A stretch of 61,775 nt of DNA from an uncultured virus (IMG/VR IMGVR_UViG_3300027832_000007) (IMGVR_UViG_3300027832_000007); one strand, 5' to 3'; counted from the first letter of the stretch, positions 1-10,962 are shown. Notes: generated by a model not told the origin, from the letters alone. Made by a program: numbers and translations.

Positions 1-162
1 TTCTTTTGGAGATTCTATGTCTGTTATTGGGTTGGTTTATTATTTATTAGAATATTACGAGGCAGTATATTTTTATATCGACCCAACTATGAACCTAAAT
101 TATGTTTGAACCATGATGAATACTCCAAAATTAAATAACTGGATTTTTAAATTTTAAATATA

Positions 163-645
163 ATGAAATTAATATCACACAGAGGAAATATTGTTGGGCC
201 AAATCCAAGCCGTGAAAACAAACCATCTTACATTGATACAGCAATCTCAGCTGGTTTTGATGTGGAAGTAGACATCATATTCAATGATGGTAAATTCTAT
301 CTCGGTCATGACACACCAGACTATGAGGTCACAGAAAAATGGATATCACTTAGAAAATATAAGTTATGGTTACACTGTAAAAATTTGGAAGCTGCAACTA
401 GGTTGTGTGAATTAGGGGACTCCCACCAATTTTTCTGTCATTCTTCAGATTCTTATGTCTTATGTAGTAATGGTAAAACATGGGTTCATGATTTAAAACT
501 TAATGTTTCTAAAACAACAACAATAATACCTCTTCTGAGTGATAACGATATCATTAACTATAATGGGGCTATACCATATGCTATATGTACTGATTACATA
601 TCACTTGCTGAATATAGTTTAAAACAAAAAGGAATTTATAAATGA
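163..645 (+). CDS. glycerophosphodiester phosphodiesterase-like (PLC/GDPD-fold) protein
   Basis: N-terminal ISHRGN, ENKP, GFDVEVDI, LGHD and WLHCKN motifs typical of small GDPD-like proteins in glycan clusters. Confidence 0.7.
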   Translation: MKLISHRGNIVGPNPSRENKPSYIDTAISAGFDVEVDIIFNDGKFYLGHDTPDYEVTEKWISLRKYKLWLHCKNLEAATRLCELGDSHQFFCHSSDSYVLCSNGKTWVHDLKLNVSKTTTIIPLLSDNDIINYNGAIPYAICTDYISLAEYSLKQKGIYK

Positions 646-2204
646 ATAACAAACCACAATTAATAATACCAATGTCTGGAATCGGTAAAAGATTTATTGA
701 TGCTGGGTATGATACACCAAAACCACTAATAGTTGTTGATGGGAAACCAATAATTGAACACGTCGTAAATCTTTTCGGGAGACCTAATGATGTTATATTC
801 GTTTGTAATGAAATTCACCTTAAAGAAACAAATATGATTGATATACTTAAAAGAATATCACCTAATTGTAAAATTTATTCAGTTCCAAATGAAAATAGAT
901 GTGGACCAGTAGATGCAATTTCACAAATATTTGATAAAATAAATGATGATAGAGAAGTAATTATTAGTTACTGTGATTACGGTACTGTTTGGGATTATGA
1001 ATTATTCATAACAGAAACTAGAAATTCTAAATCTTACGGTGCTATAGCATGTTACACTGGTTTTCACCCTCACATGTTAGGTTCTGACAATTATGCCTTT
1101 GTTAAAGTCGAAGGAAATGTAGCTTCCGATATTCAAGAGAAAAAACCATTCACTGATAATAAAATGAATGAACTTGCTTCTAACGGTACTTATTATTTTA
1201 AAAGCGGTAGTTTAGTTAAAAAGTATTTTAAATTATTAATAGATAACAAAATGGACCTTAACGGTGAATACTATGTTAGTCTAGTTTATAAATTATTATT
1301 AAAAGATAAACTTTTAGTAACAACCTTCTTAATTGATAAGATGTTACAATGGGGAACTCCGTATGATTTAGAAATATATAATGGCTGGTCTAGATATTTT
1401 ACAAATATAAAAACTAAACAAGTAAAGGTAAGTAATCCAAAAGGCACTACGTTAGTATTACCAATGGCTGGCAAGGGTAGTAGGTTTGAATCTGAAGGTT
1501 ATAATCTACCAAAACCGATGTTAAATGTTGACGGGAAACCAATGATAATCCAAGCGGTTAATTGTTTACCCTCATGTGATAATAACACCTTTATATGTTT
1601 AAATGACCACATAGAAAAATTTAAAATAGATGAGACGATAATTAAATCATTTCCTAATGCTAAAATAGTTAGTATTGATAAAACGACTGAAGGTCAAGCT
1701 TGCACTTGTGAAATTGGAATTGAATCTAATAATATAGATTTAGATAACCCAATATTAATATCTGCATGTGATAATGGCGTGTATTATGATTCAAAAAAAT
1801 ATTTAGAAATGGTAAATGATGAGAGTATAGATATCATAGTCTGGTCCTTTAGAAACAATCAAGCTAGTAAGACAAATCCGAATGCATATGCTTGGTTAAA
1901 TGTTGATAAAGATGGTTTTATTAAACACGTTTCATGTAAAAAGTTTATATATAACGACCCATTAACTACCCATGCAATAATTGGTACTATGTTTTTTAGA
2001 CGTGGTAGTTATTTTAAAGATGGATTAAATAAGAATTATATTGAAAACATTAGAACCAACGGTGAATTTTATGTCGATGATGTTTTGAATCAAAATATAA
2101 AGGATGGTTTAAAAATTAAAGTATTTGAGGTTGAGAACTATATCTGTTGGGGGACACCAAACGACTATAAAACTTATAATTATTGGGAAGAATTTTTCAA
2201 ATAA
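642..2204 (+). CDS. two-domain sugar-phosphate nucleotidyltransferase (NTP_transferase x2)
   Basis: Two tandem copies of IPM(S/A)GxGxRF..GY..PKP, GE(Y/F)YV and WGTP.D motifs. Confidence 0.85.
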   Translation: MNNKPQLIIPMSGIGKRFIDAGYDTPKPLIVVDGKPIIEHVVNLFGRPNDVIFVCNEIHLKETNMIDILKRISPNCKIYSVPNENRCGPVDAISQIFDKINDDREVIISYCDYGTVWDYELFITETRNSKSYGAIACYTGFHPHMLGSDNYAFVKVEGNVASDIQEKKPFTDNKMNELASNGTYYFKSGSLVKKYFKLLIDNKMDLNGEYYVSLVYKLLLKDKLLVTTFLIDKMLQWGTPYDLEIYNGWSRYFTNIKTKQVKVSNPKGTTLVLPMAGKGSRFESEGYNLPKPMLNVDGKPMIIQAVNCLPSCDNNTFICLNDHIEKFKIDETIIKSFPNAKIVSIDKTTEGQACTCEIGIESNNIDLDNPILISACDNGVYYDSKKYLEMVNDESIDIIVWSFRNNQASKTNPNAYAWLNVDKDGFIKHVSCKKFIYNDPLTTHAIIGTMFFRRGSYFKDGLNKNYIENIRTNGEFYVDDVLNQNIKDGLKIKVFEVENYICWGTPNDYKTYNYWEEFFK

Positions 2205-2245
2205 AAACGATTTATTAAAACATTAAGATACTTATAATAAAAGTT

Positions 2246-3115
2246 ATGACTAGAAAAGTTTCTCAAGTAAACAAACCATTAACTACTAGAAAACCTAGAG
2301 TTAAAAAGGATGAAAATGAAATTACATTTGAAAAAGGAAGTTCATTAGAACAAATTAAAATTGAGATTAAACATAAAAATGATACTCAAAAAAAATTAAC
2401 TTCATCTATTAAATCAAATGATATAACCATATGTACTGGTCCAGCAGGTACTGGAAAAACGTACATTTCTTGCTTACAAGCACTTTATGATTTAAAAAAT
2501 GATGATGATATTAAAAAGATTGTTTTGGTTAAATCTGTAACAACTTTAAAATCTGAAGAGATTGGTTTTTTAAAAGGAACTATGGAAGAAAAAATGGAAC
2601 CTTTTATGTATTCTTTTACTGGTAATTTTGAAAAAATATTAGGTAAAGAACTATTTGCTAAACTTAAAGCTGAAAACTTTATTGAAATAATGCCAATAGC
2701 CTACCTTAGAGGCGTTAACATAGATAACGCAATAGTTATTATTGATGAAGCACAAAATATCACCATTGACAATATTAGAACGATACTTACTCGTTTAGGT
2801 GAAAAATCTAAAATGGTATTTTTGGGTGATGTTAAACAAATTGACTCTAAAAATAAATACGATAGTGCTTTAAAGTTCTTAGTGGAAAGATTTAATAACA
2901 TACCTAAAATAGGTGTTGTAGAATTCTTTAAAAGTGATATTGTAAGACACCCAATGATTAAAATAATTGAAGAGGTTTTTGATAAATTTGAAGAAGAAAA
3001 TGAAATTAGCAAAAAAACTTCAGAAAAAAAACAATTATTAATAGAGAATAAAAGACCTATTAATCAAGAAAAAGACAAATCAATTATCGGTAGACTTATA
3101 AGGTTTTTTAATTAA
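2246..3115 (+). CDS. phoH: PhoH-family ATPase
   Basis: GPAGTGKT Walker A, IGFLKGTMEEKM, AYLRG, IIDEAQN, LTRLGE, GDVKQID, DIVRHP. Confidence 0.93.
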   Translation: MTRKVSQVNKPLTTRKPRVKKDENEITFEKGSSLEQIKIEIKHKNDTQKKLTSSIKSNDITICTGPAGTGKTYISCLQALYDLKNDDDIKKIVLVKSVTTLKSEEIGFLKGTMEEKMEPFMYSFTGNFEKILGKELFAKLKAENFIEIMPIAYLRGVNIDNAIVIIDEAQNITIDNIRTILTRLGEKSKMVFLGDVKQIDSKNKYDSALKFLVERFNNIPKIGVVEFFKSDIVRHPMIKIIEEVFDKFEEENEISKKTSEKKQLLIENKRPINQEKDKSIIGRLIRFFN

Positions 3116-3321
3116 TTTGTCATCCATGTGATTAGTCGCCTCACTGACTAATTTAATCTTTAATAATTTTCGATACAAAATGTTTGTGATAAATGTAAGC
3201 TATTATCATAAAGTTTCTGACACAATTAAAAAATAATTTTATTTACTATGTACTATTTGCAATAATCAAATATAATTGTTGATATAACACTAAGAATAAA
3301 GAATAAAAAAAAATAAAAATT

Positions 3322-3930
3322 ATGTCTCGTATCGGAATATGTATAAATGAGGTATTAAGAGATTTTATTAGTCAGTTAGCCTACACATATGAAAAGTATG
3401 TCGATAATATCGATATAACTGAAAAAGATGTAACTAACTATAATTTAATCGAATTCTTTAAATTTGATAATATCAACAAATTTAATTCGTTTCTATATTT
3501 AGAGGCACCTCTAGAAATATTTGGTCATGCCGACCAAATGTCGGATGGTTTAATGAACCATTTTAATAACTTTTTAACCAACATCAAAGACGATGAAGAA
3601 CATGAAATTATTCTTACTAGTCTTGAGATTGAAAAAAGTATCCCATCAACACTATTCTTCTTATCTAAAACTGGTTGTAGAGCTGACAATATTAAATTTG
3701 TTAGTAAATATGAACAAGAATGGGATGGTATTGATGTATTAATAAGTGCTAATCCAAGAGCTTTAGAATGTAAACCAAAAGGTAAAATAAGCGTTAAGGT
3801 AAAGGCATCTTACAATAAAGATGTATCTGCGGACTATGAGATAGAATCAATATTGGATTTTATAAATGATGAAGATTTAAGAAATAGAATCTTAAATACC
3901 AAAATAACAACTTACGAAGAAATAAATTAA
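3322..3930 (+). CDS. HAD-fold 5'(3')-deoxyribonucleotidase-like protein, catalytic motif degenerate
   Basis: IGICINEVLRDF resembles IGIDxDxVLxD; ILTS and ASYN motifs; the Asp nucleophile is not evident. Confidence 0.5.
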   Translation: MSRIGICINEVLRDFISQLAYTYEKYVDNIDITEKDVTNYNLIEFFKFDNINKFNSFLYLEAPLEIFGHADQMSDGLMNHFNNFLTNIKDDEEHEIILTSLEIEKSIPSTLFFLSKTGCRADNIKFVSKYEQEWDGIDVLISANPRALECKPKGKISVKVKASYNKDVSADYEIESILDFINDEDLRNRILNTKITTYEEIN

Positions 3931-3931
3931 A

Positions 3932-4294
3932 ATGATAGAATTTGGTGGAAATATTTATTATATAGATATTAGTGCAATTGAAAACATAGTTAAACCATCA
4001 GGGCTTGACCCAAGTGATTTAATTACTGATACAGAAACAAAAACAATATTAGACAGTACCGACATCAAAACTAGTACTGAGATAATTCAAGTTACTAGAG
4101 AAAGAGGTCGTGAAATGGATGCTGCTAAATATGATATCGTAAGATTGATGTTAGACGTATTAATGGATGGTAATAACGAAAACGAAGATGATTCATTGGG
4201 TCTCGATAGAGCATTAGATAAAACATCCTTACCATTCAAAATAGCATTTAACTCATTAATAAAATATGGTATACTAAAAGAAGTAGAAGATTAG
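3932..4294 (+). CDS. hypothetical protein
   Basis: 120-aa ORF in operon context. Confidence 0.7.
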   Translation: MIEFGGNIYYIDISAIENIVKPSGLDPSDLITDTETKTILDSTDIKTSTEIIQVTRERGREMDAAKYDIVRLMLDVLMDGNNENEDDSLGLDRALDKTSLPFKIAFNSLIKYGILKEVED

Positions 4295-4340
4295 ACCCAC
4301 ACTGAAAATAACAAAATAATAAAAATAAAATAAAAATAAA

Positions 4341-5489
4341 ATGGAAGACAAAACAAAAATTCAAGAACAAATTAGTGAGGTAAAATCTATTATCGATAAA
4401 TTAGATAAAAAAGATTTTACAATGTATTTTTTTACATTAGACACAAAGGGTAACCCAAGTGCTGGTATTGCAAATATATATGAACATGTTAAAACATTAA
4501 ATGAATTAGGCTTTAAAGCTGTTATTCTTCATGAAAAAAATGACTATAAATTTGAAATTGACCAAGATGGTCAAGGTCTTTCAGATTGGTTAGGTGCTGA
4601 ATATTCTGCATTACCACACATTTCAATTGAGAGTCAAGAATTAAAGGTTGGGCCATCTGACTTTATTATTATTCCAGAGATTTTCTCAAACATAATGGAC
4701 CAAGTCAAAGGATTTCCTTGTAAGAAAATAGTTTTTTCACAAAACTACGATTATTTACTAGAATTATTAAATCTTGGTAAACGTTGGAATGTTGATTATG
4801 GATTTAATGATGTAATTACGACTAGTATTAAACAAGCGAATTACGTTAAATCATTATTCCCTTCTATCAATACTCATGTAATTCCAGTATCGATACCTTC
4901 TTATTTTGTAGAAAGTGAGAAACCTAAAGTTCCAATTATTTCTATTGTTACTAGAAATCAAGGTGATTCTGCTAAAATTGTGAAATCTTTCTGTTTACAA
5001 TATCCAATTTATAAATGGGTTACTTTTAGAGAATTAAGAGGCTTACCAAGAAAAGAATTTGCCACTGAATTAGGCAAGTCTTGTTTAGCTGTTTGGATTG
5101 ATGACCAATCTGGTTTTGGTACCTTCCCATTAGAAGCTATGGAGTGCAATACACCAATTATCGGTAAAATCCCTAACATGGTACCAGAATGGATGGAATC
5201 AAAAGACGAAGCTGGTAATTCAGTTATTAAAAACAATGGTATTTGGACAAACACAACATTAAATATCCCAGAATTAATCGCAACATATTTAAAAGTATGG
5301 TTCGAAGATTCTTTACCAGAAAATTTATTAACTTCTATGAAAGAAAGTACTGGTAAGTATACTTTAGAAAACCAAAAAACAGTCTTAAGCTCAGTTTACA
5401 CTAACATTCAAGAAAATAGAATTAACGAATTAAAAATAACACTAGAACGTTTAGAAGAATCTTTAATAGAAACAACTAACGCTCAATAA
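4341..5489 (+). CDS. GT-B fold glycosyltransferase (GT4-like)
   Basis: SAGIANIYEH, IIPEI, SGFGTFPLEAMECNTPIIG (GT4 E-x-F-G-x-P-x-E-A-M-like motif). Confidence 0.75.
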   Translation: MEDKTKIQEQISEVKSIIDKLDKKDFTMYFFTLDTKGNPSAGIANIYEHVKTLNELGFKAVILHEKNDYKFEIDQDGQGLSDWLGAEYSALPHISIESQELKVGPSDFIIIPEIFSNIMDQVKGFPCKKIVFSQNYDYLLELLNLGKRWNVDYGFNDVITTSIKQANYVKSLFPSINTHVIPVSIPSYFVESEKPKVPIISIVTRNQGDSAKIVKSFCLQYPIYKWVTFRELRGLPRKEFATELGKSCLAVWIDDQSGFGTFPLEAMECNTPIIGKIPNMVPEWMESKDEAGNSVIKNNGIWTNTTLNIPELIATYLKVWFEDSLPENLLTSMKESTGKYTLENQKTVLSSVYTNIQENRINELKITLERLEESLIETTNAQ

Positions 5490-5501
5490 AAAATAAAAAA
5501 T

Positions 5502-6299
5502 ATGGAAAAGACAAATATATCGGTAATTTTACCAATTCATGAATTGAATGACGAAACTAAAAAATATTTAGATAACGCTATCGAAAGTGTTATTGCTCAA
5601 ACAGCAAGACCAGATGAATTGGTAATTGTTGCACCTAAAGGAAGCGATGTAGTTACATACTTAAAAACTTTAGAATATGGTGATTATAAAAAATCTGTGG
5701 TTATTGCTGAAAATGATGGACTTACAGATTTTGCATCACAGATTAATTATGGTGTTAGCGTTGCTAAAACTGAATGGTTTTCAGTATTGGAGCTAGATGA
5801 TGAATACGCTAGTATTTGGTTTAAAAATGCTATTAAATATAGAGAAGCACATCAAAATGTTGATTTATTTTTACCAATAATCGTAGATGTTGATGCTGAT
5901 GGTCAATTTATTGGATTTAGCAATGAAGCTGTATGGGCACAAAGTTTTTCAGATGAATTAGGTATTTTAGATTTAAATGCATTACTAGCTTATCAAAACT
6001 TTAATATTGATGGAATGGTTATTAAAAAAGAAGTTTTTGAAAGTTTAGGTGGTATTAAAGCTGGTATTAAATTAATGTTTAATTACGAATTCTTATTACG
6101 TATGACGTTTAAAGATGTTAGAGTAATGATTATACCTCGCTTTGGATATAAACATTTAAACCTTCGTGAAGGGTCTTTATTCCACTCATATAAAGAACAG
6201 ATTGACCCAGTTGAGGCAAGATGGTGGCTAGCTCAAGCTAAAAAAGAATATTACCATACAAAAGATAGAGGGATAACATATGACACACTGAATGCATAA
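5502..6299 (+). CDS. family 2 glycosyltransferase
   Basis: ISVILPIH, AIESVIAQT..PDELVIV, INYGV, ELDDEY (DxD-like), YEFLLR. Confidence 0.85.
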   Translation: MEKTNISVILPIHELNDETKKYLDNAIESVIAQTARPDELVIVAPKGSDVVTYLKTLEYGDYKKSVVIAENDGLTDFASQINYGVSVAKTEWFSVLELDDEYASIWFKNAIKYREAHQNVDLFLPIIVDVDADGQFIGFSNEAVWAQSFSDELGILDLNALLAYQNFNIDGMVIKKEVFESLGGIKAGIKLMFNYEFLLRMTFKDVRVMIIPRFGYKHLNLREGSLFHSYKEQIDPVEARWWLAQAKKEYYHTKDRGITYDTLNA

Positions 6300-7256
6300 A
6301 TGGTTATTAAACGAGGACGAAAAAGAAAAAACGACATGTATTTTGGTCCAGACGAAGAAGCTGCCGTTGTTAAATTTTTAGAATTCAGAGAGATACATAT
6401 AATTGATTTTGTTAAGGGTCTACCCTTAACAATAAAACATAATTTAGGTAAAGAAATAAGTATTGATGCATCATATGTTATACCAAACTTAAATGCGTAT
6501 AGTACTGATAATAAATTAATTGAGATATATGTACCCTTAGATATTAAAGATTATAAGGAAAACAGTGTTACTATAACACCAGACGAAACTGTGTCTGGTG
6601 CTACGGTGATAGTTATTGACACCATCAATAGAGATTTAATATTTACTAAATGGTTAAATGCGCCAATAGCTAAAATGATTGAATCGATAATAAGGAAGTA
6701 TAAGTTATATAGAAAAGGTTTTACTTTTGAAGAGTTACATATAGATACCTACTCATTTTTGATGACAAAGGTACATAAATTTGAGCCTGGTAGAAATAAA
6801 AAAGCTTACTCATACTTTGGAACAATATCTAAAAATTATATTTTAGGATTATTAATAAAGGATGATAAATACATTAATCAAACAGCATCTTATGAAGACG
6901 TAGCTTCTAACATTCAAGGAAGGAAAGATTTAACGTATCATATAGACAATTATGATGACACTATGGAAGACTTTATTAAAAAGTTATTAGATGGCATTAA
7001 AGATGAGTTAAATGATGATGATTTACCAGCTAAAAAGAAACTTAATGAAAATGAAAGAAAAATAGGTTACGTTTTACTTGAGATTCTAGAAAATTGGGAA
7101 ACTGCTTTTGAATCCATGAGTGGTGGGTCAAAATATAATAAGAATTCTGTTTTAGAAACAATTAGAAATTATACTAATTTGTCAACTAAAGATATTAGGA
7201 TTGCAATGAAACGTTTTAAATGTCTTTATGATTTACTAAAATTGGATGATTTATAG
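6300..7256 (+). CDS. phage late-transcription sigma factor (gp55-like) with an inserted domain
   Basis: Region-2-like FEPGRNKKAYSYFGTISKNY, KMIESII, FEELHIDTYSFL; C-terminal HTH-like segment; recurrent late-promoter motif in the window. Confidence 0.6.
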   Translation: MVIKRGRKRKNDMYFGPDEEAAVVKFLEFREIHIIDFVKGLPLTIKHNLGKEISIDASYVIPNLNAYSTDNKLIEIYVPLDIKDYKENSVTITPDETVSGATVIVIDTINRDLIFTKWLNAPIAKMIESIIRKYKLYRKGFTFEELHIDTYSFLMTKVHKFEPGRNKKAYSYFGTISKNYILGLLIKDDKYINQTASYEDVASNIQGRKDLTYHIDNYDDTMEDFIKKLLDGIKDELNDDDLPAKKKLNENERKIGYVLLEILENWETAFESMSGGSKYNKNSVLETIRNYTNLSTKDIRIAMKRFKCLYDLLKLDDL

Positions 7257-7507
7257 TGAAAACCTTGACTCAAGGCATTTATGGTAAAACAATATTTATA
7301 CATGCTTACAAATAAGATGTGAAAGTAAACAATATGAAATCATTATAAAAAATATATATTAAATGTAATAAGTACAAAGTGTTTTCAGAGTTTACTAAGA
7401 CTAAAACATGAATCAGTAGTTATATAAATATTTATAAAATATGTAATAATTTGAATAAAACCAGATACTTATAATAAAATAAATAACATAACTTAAACGT
7501 AAATAAA

Positions 7508-7894
7508 ATGCCGAGAAAAAAGAAACAAGAGATAGTGATTAATAACAATGATTCACTGTCTGGTCTTATGCAAGAAACTTATAATGATGCTTGTTTACAA
7601 ATTAATGATGCTCAGAAGACCATCAACGAAATGACTTCAAGCGCCACACCAACGGATATTGATGACATAACTAAGATTGCCAAAGAAAAAGGTAATCTAT
7701 TAAAAGTTAAAGATTCAGCGATTAGAATTAAATTGGAACTTGCTAAACTACAAAGCGATATTATTAAAAATCGTGGTGATGTTGAAACAACAGTTAATGA
7801 GCGAAGTCAAGGTTTAGCATCTTTTGATGATTTTAAAACAATCAGAGAAATGCTTAAAAAGAATGGAGCTGAACCAAATAACGAAACGGAATAA
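7508..7894 (+). CDS. hypothetical coiled-coil protein
   Basis: 128-aa ORF after an ATACTTAT promoter-like motif. Confidence 0.65.
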   Translation: MPRKKKQEIVINNNDSLSGLMQETYNDACLQINDAQKTINEMTSSATPTDIDDITKIAKEKGNLLKVKDSAIRIKLELAKLQSDIIKNRGDVETTVNERSQGLASFDDFKTIREMLKKNGAEPNNETE

Positions 7895-7908
7895 TAAAAC
7901 AAAGTTAT

Positions 7909-9339
7909 ATGTCTATTTTAGACCAAAAGAAACAAGTTTTCGGGAAGATAGCAGCAAACAAAACCTTAACTGAAGGCATGCCGAATCTAAAATTAAATTC
8001 TTCATTCCCTTCAGTTAACAACAAAACTAATAGCATAACCTTTTTAACCGATTTAATCAAATCGTTAATAGGTTATGTTGCTTTGGTTAAAACTGTAGTT
8101 GGTATATTAATACACACTTTAGAAAATATAGAGAAAGAGATTAAATCAGCATTAAAAGTAGAGTTAAAAAGTATTGTTAGTTGTGGTATAGACCCTAGTC
8201 TACCTCCATTTATTAAATCAAGTGGTTCTGGTATTATTATTGAAGTTAAAAAAATAGATTTTTTATCGTTATTAAAAGTTGACCCCAACTCTGCTGGTGG
8301 AAAATTGTTATATAATGATATAACCCCAACATTAACAAATTCAACCGATTTTAATACTTTTTTATACGGTCTAATACAAAATGATGGTGTTACGAGTACA
8401 TGGAAAGGTATATTTGATATTACATTTAATTCTATTGGTGTTGGCACTACACCAAATAATACAATCACAATAAAAGCCAATGCAAGTTACGATTCAAAAA
8501 CTCTTAATGATTTAAATAATAATTTTATTAACTCATTAAAACTATTTAATACTGGAAATATCGTTAGTAAAATTATAGATATTATATTTGGGTCAATATC
8601 GTTTAAACTTTCTAAATCTAGGAAACAATTAGATTCTGAAGAAAAGATTAATACAGTTATTGATAAAATGATTGATGATAACGCTAATGATACCGTTGAT
8701 GAAAGTGTTGATGATAGTTATTTTGAATTTAGTAATTCTGAAATATCCGTAATTGAAAAACGTTCAAACGAAAAACGAAGAGGAGTAATAAAAATTAAAA
8801 CTTCAAAAGATGTTGACAGCTCAATATCTTCTGATACATTAAATGAATTTACTGAAGAAATTAAAAATACAACAACAACGGAGGGTAAAACTAAAACCCT
8901 ATCAGACAATCTAGATAGAATGGCTGACGAAAGTGCTGTAAATGTAGATAATAAAGATAAAGATACTGTTAAACTTAACTTTATTCAGATGATTATAAAC
9001 AATCTACTTAGAGCCATAATAGGTGTTATACTATCACCAAAAGTTGTTATTATATTCTTAGTTAATTATAGAATAATTAATGGTCCAACGGGTGAATACA
9101 CCGATGCTATTGATTTTATAAAAAAGAACAAAGTTTTATTCAATAGAATGATGAAAAAAATAACAGTTATGATTGTTAAAATATTATTAGCTATTGCCAT
9201 GAAAAAAATTGCTAAATTAGTTGCTGAATCACAAATAAAAACACGTATCGAAAAAAATAAAAATAAATTAACTCAGATACTATCACTAGTTGGTATACCT
9301 CAAGAAGTTATCAGTAAAATAAAAAGCTTAACACAATGA
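7909..9339 (+). CDS. hypothetical virion/baseplate-region protein
   Basis: 476-aa ORF co-transcribed with the gp5-like gene. Confidence 0.55.
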   Translation: MSILDQKKQVFGKIAANKTLTEGMPNLKLNSSFPSVNNKTNSITFLTDLIKSLIGYVALVKTVVGILIHTLENIEKEIKSALKVELKSIVSCGIDPSLPPFIKSSGSGIIIEVKKIDFLSLLKVDPNSAGGKLLYNDITPTLTNSTDFNTFLYGLIQNDGVTSTWKGIFDITFNSIGVGTTPNNTITIKANASYDSKTLNDLNNNFINSLKLFNTGNIVSKIIDIIFGSISFKLSKSRKQLDSEEKINTVIDKMIDDNANDTVDESVDDSYFEFSNSEISVIEKRSNEKRRGVIKIKTSKDVDSSISSDTLNEFTEEIKNTTTTEGKTKTLSDNLDRMADESAVNVDNKDKDTVKLNFIQMIINNLLRAIIGVILSPKVVIIFLVNYRIINGPTGEYTDAIDFIKKNKVLFNRMMKKITVMIVKILLAIAMKKIAKLVAESQIKTRIEKNKNKLTQILSLVGIPQEVISKIKSLTQ

Positions 9340-9749
9340 TTTTAACCCCTAGTCTATCATCAATTTCTGGTGTTTTAAGAATGATATTATCTGCTTTTAT
9401 TATTCCAGAAGAACCAATAGCACCACTACCACCACCACTTATACTTGTTGGTGCTAAACTAAGAACTGGTCTTTCAGCGCAAGCAATTGCCGCTAGGATA
9501 ATATCAAGACAATCTGAGTCTGGCAGACAAGTAGGTGATGTATTTTCTGATGGTCCAAATGTTGAACAAACAATGGAACTGATTAGAATTGAGGAAATTG
9601 TAAATGCTTTATTAACTGAAGCAGTTGTTAATGTTGTAATACCGCCTGGTATTTCAGTGCTTACGGTAGGTGTAGGTAATCTTGGTATACCAGTACTATC
9701 ACAAGGTGCTACAACCTCAATGGGTATTGGCGATGGAATAATAAGATAA
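9336..9749 (+). CDS. hypothetical baseplate-region protein
   Basis: 137-aa ORF with ATGA overlap; Gly/Val-rich beta C-terminus. Confidence 0.55.
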   Translation: MILTPSLSSISGVLRMILSAFIIPEEPIAPLPPPLILVGAKLRTGLSAQAIAARIISRQSESGRQVGDVFSDGPNVEQTMELIRIEEIVNALLTEAVVNVVIPPGISVLTVGVGNLGIPVLSQGATTSMGIGDGIIR

Positions 9750-9760
9750 AAAGTTTTAAT

Positions 9761-9952
9761 ATGGGTAACGAATATAAAAAAGAATTAGAGGGTAAATCAA
9801 ATAATGAAATTTTATTTGATATTAAACAATTGGAAGCTGACCACGAATCAGTTAAGATTAATATGCTAAAAGATTATGACCGTTTGATTGAAATTGAGGG
9901 GAAATTTGATGATGCAAATAAAATATTAGTAAAAAGATTAAAAGGTGAGTAA
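9761..9952 (+). CDS. small hypothetical protein
   Basis: 63-aa ORF overlapping the next start. Confidence 0.6.
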   Translation: MGNEYKKELEGKSNNEILFDIKQLEADHESVKINMLKDYDRLIEIEGKFDDANKILVKRLKGE

Positions 9953-10931
9953 CGGAACAAATAAATTAGGTAACATAGCGGATACTTATAAACAAGATAA
10001 TTTTAAATATCTTGTTCACGGTATAGTAGAATCTATTGCCGATGAATTTGGTATGGGTAGGATTAAAGTTAGAATCAAAGGTGCTGAAAGTGTCGGTGGT
10101 GATGATGGAATTGAGAATAAAAATTTACCTTGGTCACATCCGCTTATACCTAAACACATATCTACAATACCTAAAGTAGGTGAAATTGTTTGGGTTTTCA
10201 TAATAAATAATAAAAAGAAACATTCAGATAGGTTATATATTGGACCACTAACATCTCAATTACAATTATTAAATAAAGATAGTGGTTTTATTTCACCTTT
10301 AAGACCATTTACATTTGGGCAACAAGATGGTGACCAAGCAGTTACTGGTGAAAAAATTAGTACAACTATTTTACCAGAATTAATTGGTGTCTTCCCTAAT
10401 CCAGAGGATATATCAATACAAGGTAGATTCAATACAGATATAACACAAAAGCACAATCAAATAGTAATAAGAGCTGGTAAATTTGAAACATCTGAAAATA
10501 ATAAATTTAGAATTAAATTCAATTCAAAAACTCAAGGTTTTATTCAAATTAAAAACAACGTTATAATTTCAGAAAAAGACGTTGAAGCTAAAGAAAGTGG
10601 TACTGTAACGAATATTGTGTCTAATAAAATTAATCTATTAACACATAAAGGAGGTTCACCAAGATTTAATCTAACTGACCAAGAACAATTAATTACTGAT
10701 GAAGAGATGTTAAATATTCTTAATGATGCTCATCAATTACCCTTTGGTGATGTACTGTTAGATTATTTAAAATTGCTTAAGAATGCGATACTTAGTCATG
10801 TTCATAATGGTAACGGTAATCCATCTACAGATTTAACGTCTTCTGGTAATATTCAATCAATAGCTAATTTAAAAGCAAACGCTAAAGATTTAGAAAATAA
10901 AATGTTATCTAAAAACATTCGAATTAATTAA
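9945..10931 (+). CDS. baseplate hub/central spike protein, gp5/VgrG-like OB-fold
   Basis: GIVESIADEFGMGRIKVRI...LPWSHPL..IPKVGEIVWV; IQGRFNTDI; C-terminal HVH metal-binding motif. Confidence 0.7.
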   Translation: MSNGTNKLGNIADTYKQDNFKYLVHGIVESIADEFGMGRIKVRIKGAESVGGDDGIENKNLPWSHPLIPKHISTIPKVGEIVWVFIINNKKKHSDRLYIGPLTSQLQLLNKDSGFISPLRPFTFGQQDGDQAVTGEKISTTILPELIGVFPNPEDISIQGRFNTDITQKHNQIVIRAGKFETSENNKFRIKFNSKTQGFIQIKNNVIISEKDVEAKESGTVTNIVSNKINLLTHKGGSPRFNLTDQEQLITDEEMLNILNDAHQLPFGDVLLDYLKLLKNAILSHVHNGNGNPSTDLTSSGNIQSIANLKANAKDLENKMLSKNIRIN

Positions 10932-10940
10932 GGTTTAGTG

Positions 10941-10948
10941 ATATTTAT
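10941..10948 (+). promoter_or_regulatory. representative putative late promoter ATATTTAT
   Basis: Same sense-strand 8-mer upstream of about 19 genes (listed in findings). Confidence 0.65.
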
Positions 10949-10962
10949 TAATAAAACAAATC

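Noticed and set aside
3131..3152. Hairpin ATTAGTC-N8-GACTAAT after phoH as an ncRNA
   Set aside because: A short isolated stem, at most a weak terminator; there is no further structural support.
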